Shown: piece after piece, positions 1 through 15,317 of the stretch
Numbering within the stretch: position 1 is the first letter of the stretch
Layout: every line of letters begins with the position of its first letter
NCBI RefSeq assembly: GCF_016632315.1
Contig: NZ_JAEOXH010000002.1
Location: forward strand, 32,160 to 96,159
Reading direction: 5' to 3'
Length of the DNA stretch: 64,000 bases
Source: Oxynema sp. CENA135
GTDB lineage: Bacteria; Cyanobacteriota; Cyanobacteriia; Cyanobacteriales; Laspinemataceae
Made by a program: the position numbers and the translations under genes
The notes under the pieces: model-generated
Told to the model about the DNA's origin: nothing
The model's input: the letters and a program-made list of their open reading frames with translations, nothing else
Databases searched by the model: none

Positions 1-440
1 AAGTAATGTTGCAGGTAGGTGCGCTGTTCTTGGTTGAGATCCATGTAGTCGAGGATGTGGATGCCGTGTTCCACGAGTATCGGGCGGATCTCTTGCTCGA
101 AATGTCGGTGTTGTTCGGCGACCATCGGATGGAGGCGATCGCTGATATCGTCGAGTTGTTGTTGGGGAGTGCGTCCGTCCGGGGTCAGGGAAGAGACTTT
201 GGCTTCGACTTGCTGTTTGAGTCCGGCGACGCGGACCATGAAGAATTCGTCGAGGTTGGAGCTGAAAATCGCTAAGAATTTGAGCCGTTCGAGTAAAGGC
301 GTGCGCGAATCGAGAGCTTCGTGGAGGACGCGGTAGTTAAATTCAACCCAACTCAGTTCCCGGTTGAAGTAATATTGCGGATCTCGCAAATTCAACTCGT
401 CGCCCGTCGTTGCTTCTTTATTCTTTTTGGTTTTGGTCAT
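1..440 (-). CDS. ppk: polyphosphate kinase 1, N-terminal part (C-terminus lies beyond window start)
   Basis: Reverse-strand translation from ATG at 440..438 gives MTKTKKNKEATTGDELNLRDPQYYFNRELSWVEFNYRVLHEALDSRTPLLERLKFLAIFSSNLDEFFMVRVAGLKQQ..., the conserved PPK1 N-domain (YFNRELSW, FLAIFSSNLDEFFMVRV). No stop before position 1, so partial and not in the ORF track. Confidence 0.8.
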   Translation of the reverse strand, partial: MTKTKKNKEATTGDELNLRDPQYYFNRELSWVEFNYRVLHEALDSRTPLLERLKFLAIFSSNLDEFFMVRVAGLKQQVEAKVSSLTPDGRTPQQQLDDISDRLHPMVAEQHRHFEQEIRPILVEHGIHILDYMDLNQEQRTYLQHY

Positions 441-537
441 GGTTCTATCGCAGGAAAGTAGAAGGGAGGAGTTCGGCGTTGAGGCGATGGGGTGGGGAAT
501 ACGATCGCCCCGACGTAGGCTTCGGAATTAAAGAGGA

Positions 538-750
538 TTAGGAACCAAAGGCTTCGTCTTCGATTCCGACCCACCATTCGCCCAGGTTCATCAAGTCCTG
601 GTGAATGTCCGCGAGGGCTTGGGAGTATTGTTCCGGGGAGAGACGATCTCGATTTTCCTTCAGTTTTTGCAAGCGTAGCTGCACTAACAGCCAGGGTTTG
701 CTGGCGCTGTTAGTGGATTCGAGATACTGGGCGATCGCTCGACTATCCAT
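538..750 (-). CDS. small hypothetical protein (70 aa)
   Basis: Intact ORF between ppk and the hybrid kinase; no recognisable motif. Confidence 0.35.
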   Translation of the reverse strand: MDSRAIAQYLESTNSASKPWLLVQLRLQKLKENRDRLSPEQYSQALADIHQDLMNLGEWWVGIEDEAFGS

Positions 751-880
751 GTCATCAAAGCATAAAAGGATCTGGGATTATCTTACTGGGGAAACCCAGA
801 CAAGTAAGCCGACTCGATCGAAGAGAAAGTCTCGATAGTGATATTGTTCGATCCTCGTCCCGTGATTGGCGGGGAGTCTG

Positions 881-6874
<5,994 letters not shown>

Positions 6875-6965
6875 TTCCTACATTCGAGAGATTCTGCGCG
6901 ATCGCCCCGAGCGCTCTTATCCTTTACAATCGCGATCGATCTGTCTAAACCCAAGGAGTCAAACG

Positions 6966-7226
6966 ATGCCCGATTCGATTATGTATCAAGAAGAAGAGCA
7001 CTATGTCGTTCTCGAAGCCGATCGCCCGGAAGAATTTCTCAGCGCCCCGGAACTTTTAGCAAAATTGTCCGCGATTTTAACGCGCCGTCAAGATGATTTA
7101 CCCCGAGAACTTCAGAAGTTCTCAACCGTAGCAGAACAAGCTCGCTATTTACTCGAAAATCATTGCGAATTTGATGTCGCCCCCGGTCATTTTCTCCAGT
7201 GGTATGTGGTGCGTTTGGAAAAATAG
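6966..7226 (+). CDS. small conserved hypothetical protein (86 aa)
   Basis: ATG at 6966 preceded by AAGGAG 8 nt upstream. The upstream part of track ORF 6468..7226 is antisense to the kinase and is probably not translated. Product MPDSIMYQEEEHYVVLEADRPEEFL...HFLQWYVVRLEK. Confidence 0.5.
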   Translation: MPDSIMYQEEEHYVVLEADRPEEFLSAPELLAKLSAILTRRQDDLPRELQKFSTVAEQARYLLENHCEFDVAPGHFLQWYVVRLEK

Positions 7227-7374
7227 GCGGCAACAGGGACAGAGGCGATCGAGGCGACAACAAGGACAGGGGCGATCGCCCATTTTTGGGTTGATGGTTG
7301 CCCTCGCGATCTTCACCGGGAGCCAACCACCAACCCCTTAAATTCCTCCAGGAAAGCTAAAAATCACTCAACTT

Positions 7375-7932
7375 TTAAGCCGCGTCGTCGGCGATCGCAA
7401 TTAAAGCCACCTCAACCCGACCTTTGCGGACTTCACTGAGGCGCGATCGCACCCCCGGACCGAAAAATTTTTCGATTTTTTCCTGCTTTTCCTGCCACAT
7501 TTCTAAGGCCAAATTGGGCGAATTAAACTCTAAAATGAGTGCATAATTCCCCTCGATCGCCTCTTCCCGAATTCCCTCCAGAACCGGACAAACTTCATCG
7601 TTCGGACTCAACCCCAACCGTTCGAGCGCCTCTTCGAGATGAACCTTCTGACCGTACCGATAACGACTGACATCCTTGCGAATTTGATTTTGAATCGGCG
7701 TCGCCTGTCGTTCCCGTAAGGCGATCGTTTCCTCAGAACTCACTTGAGTCAACGGCGTCGGTTCCAATTCCGCCGCCTTCAGAGCTAACCCACCGAGTAA
7801 CACCGGAATTCCATAGAAAAACCCCGCTAAATTCAACGTGGCATTGTCATTGAAATACGCCACAAAACCGACGACGGTTAAAACCCCACCGACACCCAAC
7901 GCCAACAGCGCTAAAGAAAGATTGCGTAACAT
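7375..7932 (-). CDS. two-TM membrane protein, conserved cyanobacterial/plastid-type family (DUF2854-like)
   Basis: 185-aa ORF with two N-terminal hydrophobic helices (LALLALGVGGVLTVVGFVAYF; GFFYGIPVLLGGLALKAA) and a soluble C-domain; the family assignment is from memory. Confidence 0.55.
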   Translation of the reverse strand: MLRNLSLALLALGVGGVLTVVGFVAYFNDNATLNLAGFFYGIPVLLGGLALKAAELEPTPLTQVSSEETIALRERQATPIQNQIRKDVSRYRYGQKVHLEEALERLGLSPNDEVCPVLEGIREEAIEGNYALILEFNSPNLALEMWQEKQEKIEKFFGPGVRSRLSEVRKGRVEVALIAIADDAA

Positions 7933-8181
7933 GATCGCTTTGCTAGATGTTTTTTTTATTGTCCCTTGTCGCGAGCCGTTGGGGGGAGGGAGGCGAAGGC
8001 AAGAAGCAAGAATGCATCCCCATCGGTATCGTCAACTGTGGCGCGGGCATCTTGCCCGCCGCTTCCCCATTCCTTTAGAATGCAAGAGCTACAGACATAT
8101 TTCTAGATTAAAAACCGATTTTCTGACCAATTGCCCTAAATTTCAGCAAATAAATACTTTCAACCCCCATTTTTTCACTTC

Positions 8182-8214
8182 AAATCTAAAATCTAAACTC
8201 TAAACTCTAAACTC
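8182..8214. repeat. heptanucleotide tandem repeat array (ATCTAAA/CTCTAAA units)
   Basis: aaatctaaaatctaaactctaaactctaaactc read directly in the divergent intergenic region. Confidence 0.8.
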
Positions 8215-8302
8215 CCCACCCCCGCCAAGATCGCCTTGAGATAATGTAGAAATAGCTTAGTCGCCTTGCCTCCACTCGAAAATCTCAATACTGAACTGCT
8301 CC

Positions 8303-9901
8303 ATGTCCGGGTACAAAATCGGCCTCGATTTCGGGACGACGAACTCGATTATCTCTTACTTCACCCCCTCCGCCGAAGTAGAAGCCTTTCAATATGGCGG
8401 TCCCGACGGTCGCCGCTATATTCCCTCGTTTATCGGCTACGACGAGGAATTTGTCGAAATTGGCACCGCCGCGCGGACTCTCGCCGCCAATCACGGGGAT
8501 GTGGAAACTTACGGCAATTTTAAAATGCGCTTGCCCATTCCCGCCGACCAATTGCCGGAGTACATTCGCCACGATCGCACCCCCGCCAGCGTCACTACGG
8601 ATTACTTGCGCGAATTGCTCGTTTCTCCGGAAAATCCTTACAGTTTTTGCAAACAACAAGGGGAAATCTCCGGTTTGGTGGTCTCGGTTCCCGAAATTTG
8701 GCAGCGCGATATTTACAATCGCGGACGAGAATTGTTAAAACAGGCGATCGCCGCTCTCGATTTGCCCCTCATTCAATTGGTCAGCGAACCCGTCGCCGCC
8801 GCCGCTTACTATACTTGGGACATGCAACGACGGGCAAAACAGGCGGGTGATGAGAGTTTTTCCGGCAATCTCCTCGTGTGCGATATGGGTGGCGGTACCT
8901 TTGATGTGAGTTTATGCCGAATTTACGGGGAACAAAAAGTCGATGTCCTCTATTTTGACGGGCAGGGCGATCGCGGTCTCGAATCCGCCGGGGTAGCTTT
9001 CGATCGCCGTTGCGTGCAAGCAGCTTACAGGGCAAAACACGACTCGACTCTCGACGAAAACGACCCGGAATTCCTGCGCCTGTTACGCGAATTTGAAACG
9101 GTCAAAATTAGCTCTCACGCCCGCGTGACGCGATACCTCACAAATGCCGTGCACGAGCCGGAAATTTACGGCGATCGCCAGATTTACGTGTTTGCCGGGG
9201 GGTATTCCCTCAATTTCGCACAAGTTCGCGAGGCATTCGCACCGATCGCCGCCGGAATTACCGAAGTCATCGAAGGAGTCCGAACCTGGATCGCCGAACG
9301 ACAACAGACGATCGATCGCGTCTTCCTCGTCGGCGGTTTTTCTCAGTTTTTCCTCGTGCGACGGGCGATCGCCTCGGCTTTACAATTCGCTACAGACGAT
9401 CCCCGTCTCGACGAAACCTTTAACCTCACCCACAGCGCTTACGCGATCTCCTACGGCGCCTGTTTGATCGCCAACGATCGCGTCCAACCCAGCGAAAAAT
9501 ATCTGCACAATCTCGGGATCGTGGTCGATACCATCGACGCCAACGCCGAACGCCAACGCCGCGCGATCGAAATTATCAAAGGTGGCACCCGCTTGGAAGA
9601 GTTATCTCAACCGCAATTTGCCGATATTCCCCCTTTAGTGACCTTTCAACAAGATGCACCCTTGACCCTCACCCTCTGGGTAGACCCCCAAGGAAAAGGC
9701 GTCTTGGTCGAAGAATCCTTACCGGATATGGTGAAGTTACCGAGTTATTCTCCCGAGGATAAATGGCGGGTGGGAATGCGCGTCGATCGCTCTCAAATTG
9801 CTTATTTAACCATTGAAGAAGTTCGCGGGGAAAAACGAGTGGAATATGAGTTAGGCAATGTTTTAGCTAAAATGTTTCCCGGTTTCGTGTTAATTGAATA
9901 A
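8303..9901 (+). CDS. atypical Hsp70-family actin-fold ATPase (YegD-like, lacks a canonical substrate-binding domain)
   Basis: N-terminal phosphate-1 motif IGLDFGTTNS, phosphate-2/connect motif LVCDMGGGTFDVSL, adenosine motif FLVGGFSQFF. At 532 aa it is too short for DnaK; the architecture resembles E. coli YegD. Confidence 0.8.
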   Translation: MSGYKIGLDFGTTNSIISYFTPSAEVEAFQYGGPDGRRYIPSFIGYDEEFVEIGTAARTLAANHGDVETYGNFKMRLPIPADQLPEYIRHDRTPASVTTDYLRELLVSPENPYSFCKQQGEISGLVVSVPEIWQRDIYNRGRELLKQAIAALDLPLIQLVSEPVAAAAYYTWDMQRRAKQAGDESFSGNLLVCDMGGGTFDVSLCRIYGEQKVDVLYFDGQGDRGLESAGVAFDRRCVQAAYRAKHDSTLDENDPEFLRLLREFETVKISSHARVTRYLTNAVHEPEIYGDRQIYVFAGGYSLNFAQVREAFAPIAAGITEVIEGVRTWIAERQQTIDRVFLVGGFSQFFLVRRAIASALQFATDDPRLDETFNLTHSAYAISYGACLIANDRVQPSEKYLHNLGIVVDTIDANAERQRRAIEIIKGGTRLEELSQPQFADIPPLVTFQQDAPLTLTLWVDPQGKGVLVEESLPDMVKLPSYSPEDKWRVGMRVDRSQIAYLTIEEVRGEKRVEYELGNVLAKMFPGFVLIE

Positions 9902-9905
9902 TGGA

Positions 9906-9927
9906 AATTTTAGATTTTAGATTTTAG
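9906..9927. repeat. heptanucleotide tandem repeat array (TTTTAGA units), inverse orientation to the 8182 array
   Basis: attttagattttagattttag immediately after the stop codon at 9899-9901. Confidence 0.8.
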
Positions 9928-10106
9928 CTACTAGGCGGGAAGCCCCGCGCTCTCCCGAAGGGGAGCGTCGGGATGAGAGCCGCGCTTGCTGAGTGGGGTA
10001 CTCTCCGAGAAGCCGCTTCGCGTCTACGATGCCCCCGAAGCAAGCAATAGTCTACGCAACGCAACCAGTATTTATCAGATTACTGGGTTCATGCTAAAAT
10101 AGCGGT

Positions 10107-11312
10107 ATGTTGAAAGCAATCAAGGTCAGAATTTACCCTACCGACGAGCAGTCTGTCACACTAGCCAAGCATTTTGGCTGTACAAGATGGCTGTGGAATC
10201 ATTGCCTGTCTGTGATGACGGAAACGTACAAGACGACAGGCAAGGGAATTTCTGCCTTGACTATGAAGAAACAGATTCCTACGCTAAAAGCAGAGTATGA
10301 ATGGCTGAAAGAGTGCTATTCACAATGCTTACAACAGTCGGTACTTAATCTGTCTCAAGGGTTTCAGAACTTCTTTGAGGGTAGAGCAAAATATCCCAAT
10401 TTCAAATCAAAGCATCGTCGCCAGTCTGTTCAGTTTCCCCAAAACGTCAAAGTGATTTCTGAGTCGGCAATCAAGTTTCCTGGCTTGCTGGGAACGGTTG
10501 CAGCAAAGATTCACAGACCGATTGAAGGACAACTAAAAACAGTTACAGTGTCGAAGATGCCAGACGGAAAATACTTTGCATCGTTGTTGGTGGAAGATGG
10601 CACAGAAAAGCCCGATTCTTCCAGTGATGGTAAGGCGATTGGGATTGATTTGGGATTGACTGACTTTGCTATTACATCCGATGGTTCAAAGTTTGCCAAT
10701 CCTCGCCATCTCAAAAAGCATGAACGGAACCTGAAGCGTAAGCAGCGTAAGTTGTCTAGAAAAAAGAAAGGCAGTCAGAACCGAAACAAAGCACGAATCA
10801 AAGTTGCTAAAGTTCACGCCAAAATTGCCAACACGCGAGCGGATTTTCTCCACAAGCTATCCCGCAAGATAGTCAACGAAAACCAAGTGATTGTGGTGGA
10901 AGACCTAGCTGTTAAAAACATGGTCAAGAATCACAACCTAGCCAAAGCGATAAGCGATGTCGGCTGGGGGCAATTCTGTACCCTGCTCAAATACAAGGCA
11001 GAGTTTGAAGGGAAGGTATATCTGGAGGTTGGGCGATTCTTCCCAAGCTCACACCTTTGCTCAAACACCCTGTTGCCGCTAGAAAAGATGGATCTCTCGA
11101 TTCGCTCATTTGTGTGCCCTCATTGCTCAGAGAGGCACGACAGGGACATCAATGCAGCAATCAATATCAGAAATGAAGGCTTGCGGATATTGGACTCAGG
11201 AAGTGGGTCTACTGCTCTCGGAGGGAATGTAAGACCAAAGGGAGGCAGGCGAAAGTCTACCCTCCTAGAGGCGGTTCCCGGTGAAGAGAGAAGCCCGCGC
11301 TCTATTGCGTAG
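10107..11312 (+). CDS. tnpB: TnpB (IS605 OrfB-family RNA-guided endonuclease-like transposon protein)
   Basis: MLKAIKVRIYPTDEQ N-terminus, RuvC-like segments (IGIDLGLTDFAITSDG; VVVEDLAVKNM) and a C-terminal zinc finger CPHCSERHDRDINAAINI. Confidence 0.9.
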   Translation: MLKAIKVRIYPTDEQSVTLAKHFGCTRWLWNHCLSVMTETYKTTGKGISALTMKKQIPTLKAEYEWLKECYSQCLQQSVLNLSQGFQNFFEGRAKYPNFKSKHRRQSVQFPQNVKVISESAIKFPGLLGTVAAKIHRPIEGQLKTVTVSKMPDGKYFASLLVEDGTEKPDSSSDGKAIGIDLGLTDFAITSDGSKFANPRHLKKHERNLKRKQRKLSRKKKGSQNRNKARIKVAKVHAKIANTRADFLHKLSRKIVNENQVIVVEDLAVKNMVKNHNLAKAISDVGWGQFCTLLKYKAEFEGKVYLEVGRFFPSSHLCSNTLLPLEKMDLSIRSFVCPHCSERHDRDINAAINIRNEGLRILDSGSGSTALGGNVRPKGGRRKSTLLEAVPGEERSPRSIA

Positions 11313-11345
11313 CAATGAGCGTCGGGTACTTCACATTGGCTCTTT
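11180..11345 (+). ncRNA. candidate TnpB omega-RNA (reRNA) region overlapping the tnpB 3' end and RE
   Basis: By analogy with IS200/IS605 TnpB systems, the guide RNA derives from the tnpB 3' end plus RE. This region has hairpin potential (cgctctattgc-gta-gcaatgagcg). Inference only, with no covariance data. Confidence 0.3.
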
Positions 11346-11359
11346 ACTCCCCCTTACCC

Positions 11360-12400
11360 ATGTCCCTCGATCGCCTCGCCCAATCGATCGCCCGTCTCCA
11401 ACACCTCGCCTCTGAGGGCGAACGCCCCTCGTTGACCTTCGAGACGATCGCCCTCCCGTTGCAATGGCTCGAAATTCTGCTCGATGTTTGGGCACAACTC
11501 TATCCACCCGAGGTTTTGCAACAGTTGGACGCGACCGAACCGGAAACTTTGGAAGCGTGGGCGATCGCGCTCACTCGCGCCTTAGACGCCCAACTGCAAT
11601 GGCTCGATCGCACGGGCGCGACCCTCGATCGCCTCTCGTTGTTAGACGCCCTCAAAACCAAAATCGGCGATCGCGCCCGCCAATTACAACAGTTGCGCGG
11701 GCAAAACAATGAGTTGCTAGCTAAAACGGGCGAATTTTTGGCGATCGATGGCGAAATGCGCGATGCGATCGCCGAATTAGAGCAACTGCAACACGAAGCA
11801 GAGCAATTCGACCGACTGCGTGGGGAGTTGGAACGCACCGATCTCGATGGCTTGCGCGCGTCGATCGCCCGCGATCGTGCCGTCTTGGCACCGCAACAGG
11901 CGCAATTGAGCGAACTGGAGCGAGAAAAAGCCGATCTCGACGGTCAAATCGAGCAGTTACGGCGTCAGCAGTCCCAACTCGGCGAAGAAATCGAATTATT
12001 GCGCGGACGGCGCGATCGCCTGCAATTGCGAACTGAAGAAACAGCGAAAGCGGCGATCGCGGACTACGCCCGACAGCGCGATCGCCTCGGCGACAGCTTA
12101 CAACAGCTCTTAGACGAACTCGACTCCCAACGCCGGGAGTACGATCGCCTGCGCGGCGAGTTGGATCGGGCGATCGCCGAGTCGAACGAGTATCAAACGG
12201 CGATTCGACAGGGGCGCAACGCCCTCGAAACCCACTATCGCACCGATGTCGAACTCGGGCGCCGTCTGCCGACCAATGGGTCGGCGATCGCCCGTCTGGT
12301 CGGGGCGATCGAGGACAATTTAGCTGCCTTAGACCGGGAACTGGCCCGGGCGCAACAGGAGAATGAAGCGACCCGGGTCAAGCAAATTTTTACGTTTTAA
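11360..12400 (+). CDS. long coiled-coil protein (the track ORF begins at 11315 inside the IS right end; the Met at 11360 is the likelier start)
   Basis: 346-361 aa composed almost entirely of heptad-like E/R/Q/L-rich helices (ELEQLQHEAEQFDRLRGELERTDLDGL...) with no catalytic motif. Confidence 0.55.
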   Translation: MSLDRLAQSIARLQHLASEGERPSLTFETIALPLQWLEILLDVWAQLYPPEVLQQLDATEPETLEAWAIALTRALDAQLQWLDRTGATLDRLSLLDALKTKIGDRARQLQQLRGQNNELLAKTGEFLAIDGEMRDAIAELEQLQHEAEQFDRLRGELERTDLDGLRASIARDRAVLAPQQAQLSELEREKADLDGQIEQLRRQQSQLGEEIELLRGRRDRLQLRTEETAKAAIADYARQRDRLGDSLQQLLDELDSQRREYDRLRGELDRAIAESNEYQTAIRQGRNALETHYRTDVELGRRLPTNGSAIARLVGAIEDNLAALDRELARAQQENEATRVKQIFTF

Positions 12401-13034
12401 GGGTCAATCCCCGGCCTGTTTTGGCGAAGTCTTCGACGGTTTTATCGGAAAACTCGTGCTGGGCGATCGCCGCTAACATCGGCAACGGTAAGGTCAAGTG
12501 GTCGGCGCCTGCTTGTAAGGCGGCGGCAGCTTCTTCGGGAGACTTGATACTGGCGGCTAAGATTTCAACCCCACTGTCTTCGAGGATCGCGGCCATCTCG
12601 CGCACGAGGGCGATCCCGTCGCCCAAAAGCCTCGTGGCGCGGTTGACGTAGGCGATCGCGATTTTGGCTCCGGCTTCCCGGGCGATCGCCGCTTGAATCG
12701 GTCCGTAAATCCCGGTCACCGAACAGGTCATCTCTTTTGAAAGAATGGCGACGGCTTCAAATCCGGTCGGCGTGGCGGGAATTTTGAGGATGGTGCGATC
12801 GCCGATAATCTCGTAAGCTCGTCGTCCTTCGGCGACCATTCCGGAAACGTCGCCAGCTAGCAATTGATAGTAAAGCGGACCGTCGGCAAACGGGAGTAAG
12901 TTTTTTAGGGTCGTTTCCGGCGGATCGTCACTTTGCGCGAGTAAGGTCGGGTTGGTGGTGATGCCTTTGACCCAGCCGAGTTTTCGGGCAGCTTTGGCGT
13001 CGGCAACGATCGCCGAATCGAGATAAATGGCCAT
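12390..13034 (-). CDS. tal: transaldolase / fructose-6-phosphate aldolase family (short Tal type)
   Basis: MAIYLDSA...GITTNPTLL, then the catalytic Lys region ILIKIPAT-like (ILKIPATPTG); 214 aa is typical of the Fsa/TalC subfamily. Confidence 0.85.
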   Translation of the reverse strand: MAIYLDSAIVADAKAARKLGWVKGITTNPTLLAQSDDPPETTLKNLLPFADGPLYYQLLAGDVSGMVAEGRRAYEIIGDRTILKIPATPTGFEAVAILSKEMTCSVTGIYGPIQAAIAREAGAKIAIAYVNRATRLLGDGIALVREMAAILEDSGVEILAASIKSPEEAAAALQAGADHLTLPLPMLAAIAQHEFSDKTVEDFAKTGRGLTLKT

Positions 13035-13143
13035 AATTTACGGGAAAAATACAGGAAAAAAGATCCAAAAAGAACCAACGGCGGTTGAATTGCCGTTGCG
13101 CGATCGCGAAAACTTTGGTCTCTCAGTTGCTCGTTCCCCCGTT

Positions 13144-13722
13144 TTACTCGGGAAAAATTTTGGTTAAAGAGAGCAAAGAATCGGGAAATCCAGGGAGAGG
13201 AATGGCTTCGTTAATGAAGGGAATTCGTTTGGTTCGATAGCCGAATTTTCCGGGACTGAGTTCGTCGGGTTCGCTGTAAATTTCTAAATATTTATCGTTT
13301 AAATTGAAAATCCAATAATCTGAAATTCCCGCTCGGGCATAAAGGGGTTGTTTGATGGCGCGATCGTATTCGAGAGAGAGTTCGTCCGCAATTTCGATCG
13401 CCAGTAAAACTTCACTGGCTTGGGGTAACCGGGCGCGATAGTAATCGTCGGCATAGGCTAAAATCGCGAAGTCCGGCTGCACTTCCGTATTCTCGTTGAG
13501 AACGATCGCCCCTTGGGTTTGCACGAGGGCGCGTTGGGCCACAAACACGGGCAAGTCTTCTAATAAAGCACGCAAACAAGCAGCGTGGTCTTGACCGATC
13601 GGAGCCATCTGCACGAGGGTTCCTTCTACGAGTTCGACGGCTTCCTCTTCTTTGAAAAAGCCGCGATCGGCCAGTTTGTGATATTCGTCGATACTCAAGA
13701 TTTGGGGTTGAGAATTGGTCAT
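13144..13722 (-). CDS. Uma2-family (DUF820) putative restriction-endonuclease-like protein
   Basis: 192 aa with the characteristic EL..G..V.MAP and PD-(D/E)xK-like core (QPDFAIL...EIADE); the family is abundant in cyanobacteria. Confidence 0.75.
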   Translation of the reverse strand: MTNSQPQILSIDEYHKLADRGFFKEEEAVELVEGTLVQMAPIGQDHAACLRALLEDLPVFVAQRALVQTQGAIVLNENTEVQPDFAILAYADDYYRARLPQASEVLLAIEIADELSLEYDRAIKQPLYARAGISDYWIFNLNDKYLEIYSEPDELSPGKFGYRTKRIPFINEAIPLPGFPDSLLSLTKIFPE

Positions 13723-14768
13723 CGCTGCTGTGTGTTTTTTGCCTTTTAAATCAACAAAGGATTTGTCGATTATTTTAATACAAAAGCTTGAAAATTCCCG
13801 AAGCTTCAGTCTCTCTGGGAGCGTTGTGGACGTCTTTCAAGATCGCGTCCGGCGGCTTTGAACGACGGGCTAATTTGTCGAGGGTAGCGTTCGCGTCGCG
13901 TCTCCAAAACAGAATCGCTGACTCTCGACGAGCGGCTGCGCGGTTCCCCAGCCCGTAATCCCTCGCCGATCGTTGAAATTTCCTAGGGGAATCGGTGAAA
14001 TTTGGGGTCGTTTTCCGGGGCGATCTTCCCTTGTGAGAGCAAAGACAGCCCGGGCGCCCTTAAAGCCCTTGGCAGCCACCCCCAGTTCACCCGATCTCCC
14101 CGTCGATTCACGAAGAGTTTGCAGGGAATGTTGGGCGATCGCCCCCGATGGTTTGACCCCATTTTTACCCGGGCAGACGATCGATTCGTGACTTGTTAAA
14201 AAGGGAGATGACCCCCGTCACGGATCGAATCGCAAGTCAACTCATAGAACAGTTGTTGACGTTGGCTCGATGTTTTTGGCTGGGGCAATTTTGACAATGG
14301 AATCCAATAGAAACCCATCCCGATCCAAGCCACTCGATTGTTTGAGGAGGATGACATACAAATGACGAGTTCGCCGCACGATCGCAAGGCGATCGAACCC
14401 CTCTTAGCTGCCGAACTGGAACGGCCATCGAGCGCTTTAGCGTTGCAACTTGGCCTCGCCTAACCCCTCAACCCCTCGCCTCCCGTTGACGCCACCCGCA
14501 TCCGAGGCTGGAACTTACACCAGTAACAGGCCGTAAGCGAACGCGATTCCCCAGTCAAACAAGCCGTCCGAGGGGCGATCGCCGCCGTTTGTTCCGATCC
14601 GTTGCGAACGGCTAATGTTTGTCACCAATACGATTAAAATTAAGATGTCCTCCCCTGCCTGCCTTTCGAAGGGCAGGACACCCAGATCGTTTTTTGGGCT
14701 AACAAGGGTATGTTTAAATTAGCAATCGGCTAACCGACCGGAGGACTCTTTTCACCCCAGAACCAGGA

Positions 14769-15152
14769 ATGATGCAGATGAGTACCGTTCTGATTGTAGA
14801 CGACAGCGCAACCGCTAGAGAAATGGTTGCCGGACTTCTCAAAAAAATTGGCCTCGACGTGATCGAGGCCCGCGATGGTGTGGAAGCTCAAGAAAAATTG
14901 CAAGGGAAACTTCCCGATCTCGTTGTCATGGACATTATCATGCCTCGCATGAACGGCTACGACCTCTGCCGATGGCTCAGACGCCAGCCCCAAGGTCAAA
15001 ATATCCCGATTTTAATGTGTTCGAGTAAAAGTGAAGAATTCGATCGCTATTGGGGGATGAAACAAGGGGCTGATGCTTACATTACCAAGCCTTTTCATCC
15101 GTCCGATTTAGTGGGAACAGTCAAACAGTTACTCAATACCAACGCGGGTTAA
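14769..15152 (+). CDS. single-domain response regulator (CheY-like receiver)
   Basis: TVLIVDDSATAREM...DLVVMDIIMPRMNGYDL...CSSKSEE...AYITKPF: the Asp pocket, phospho-acceptor Asp and conserved Lys are all present. Confidence 0.85.
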   Translation: MMQMSTVLIVDDSATAREMVAGLLKKIGLDVIEARDGVEAQEKLQGKLPDLVVMDIIMPRMNGYDLCRWLRRQPQGQNIPILMCSSKSEEFDRYWGMKQGADAYITKPFHPSDLVGTVKQLLNTNAG

Positions 15153-15317
15153 TTGACCCCCTCGGATTGACATCATTTCTCAATCCTGATGCCCTCAAAT
15201 GCGATTGTTCGCGTTCCTCCACGTTTGAGGGCGACCCCAAGGGCGACTGGGGCTTTTAAAAGCGCTGCTTGGGGCATGAGGAGGCCGCACGGCCTCGCGA
15301 TCGCACCCTCGGGGAGT

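Larger units (their letters stand above)
9928..11345 (+). mobile_element. IS200/IS605-family TnpB-only insertion sequence (IS1341-like); boundaries approximate
   Basis: A single tnpB ORF with no tnpA. Both ends carry a related direct motif AAGCCC(C)GCGCTCT...GAGCGTCGGG (9940-9972 and 11291-11336) with imperfect-hairpin potential, as in IS200/IS605 LE/RE. The element sits between two host genes with about 2-bp spacing on the right. Confidence 0.65.

Noticed and set aside
8182-8214. Short tandem arrays considered as CRISPR
   Set aside because: The period is 7-14 nt with no spacers, so these are simple heptamer tandem repeats and not a CRISPR array. No cas genes are present.
13985-14110. Cobalamin-riboswitch-like beginning (GGGGAAtcGGTGAAAtt)
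   Set aside because: It lacks the B12 box (GCCACTG) and the conserved downstream helices, and no cobalamin-related gene is downstream. Treated as chance similarity, and noted only under the leader-region finding.
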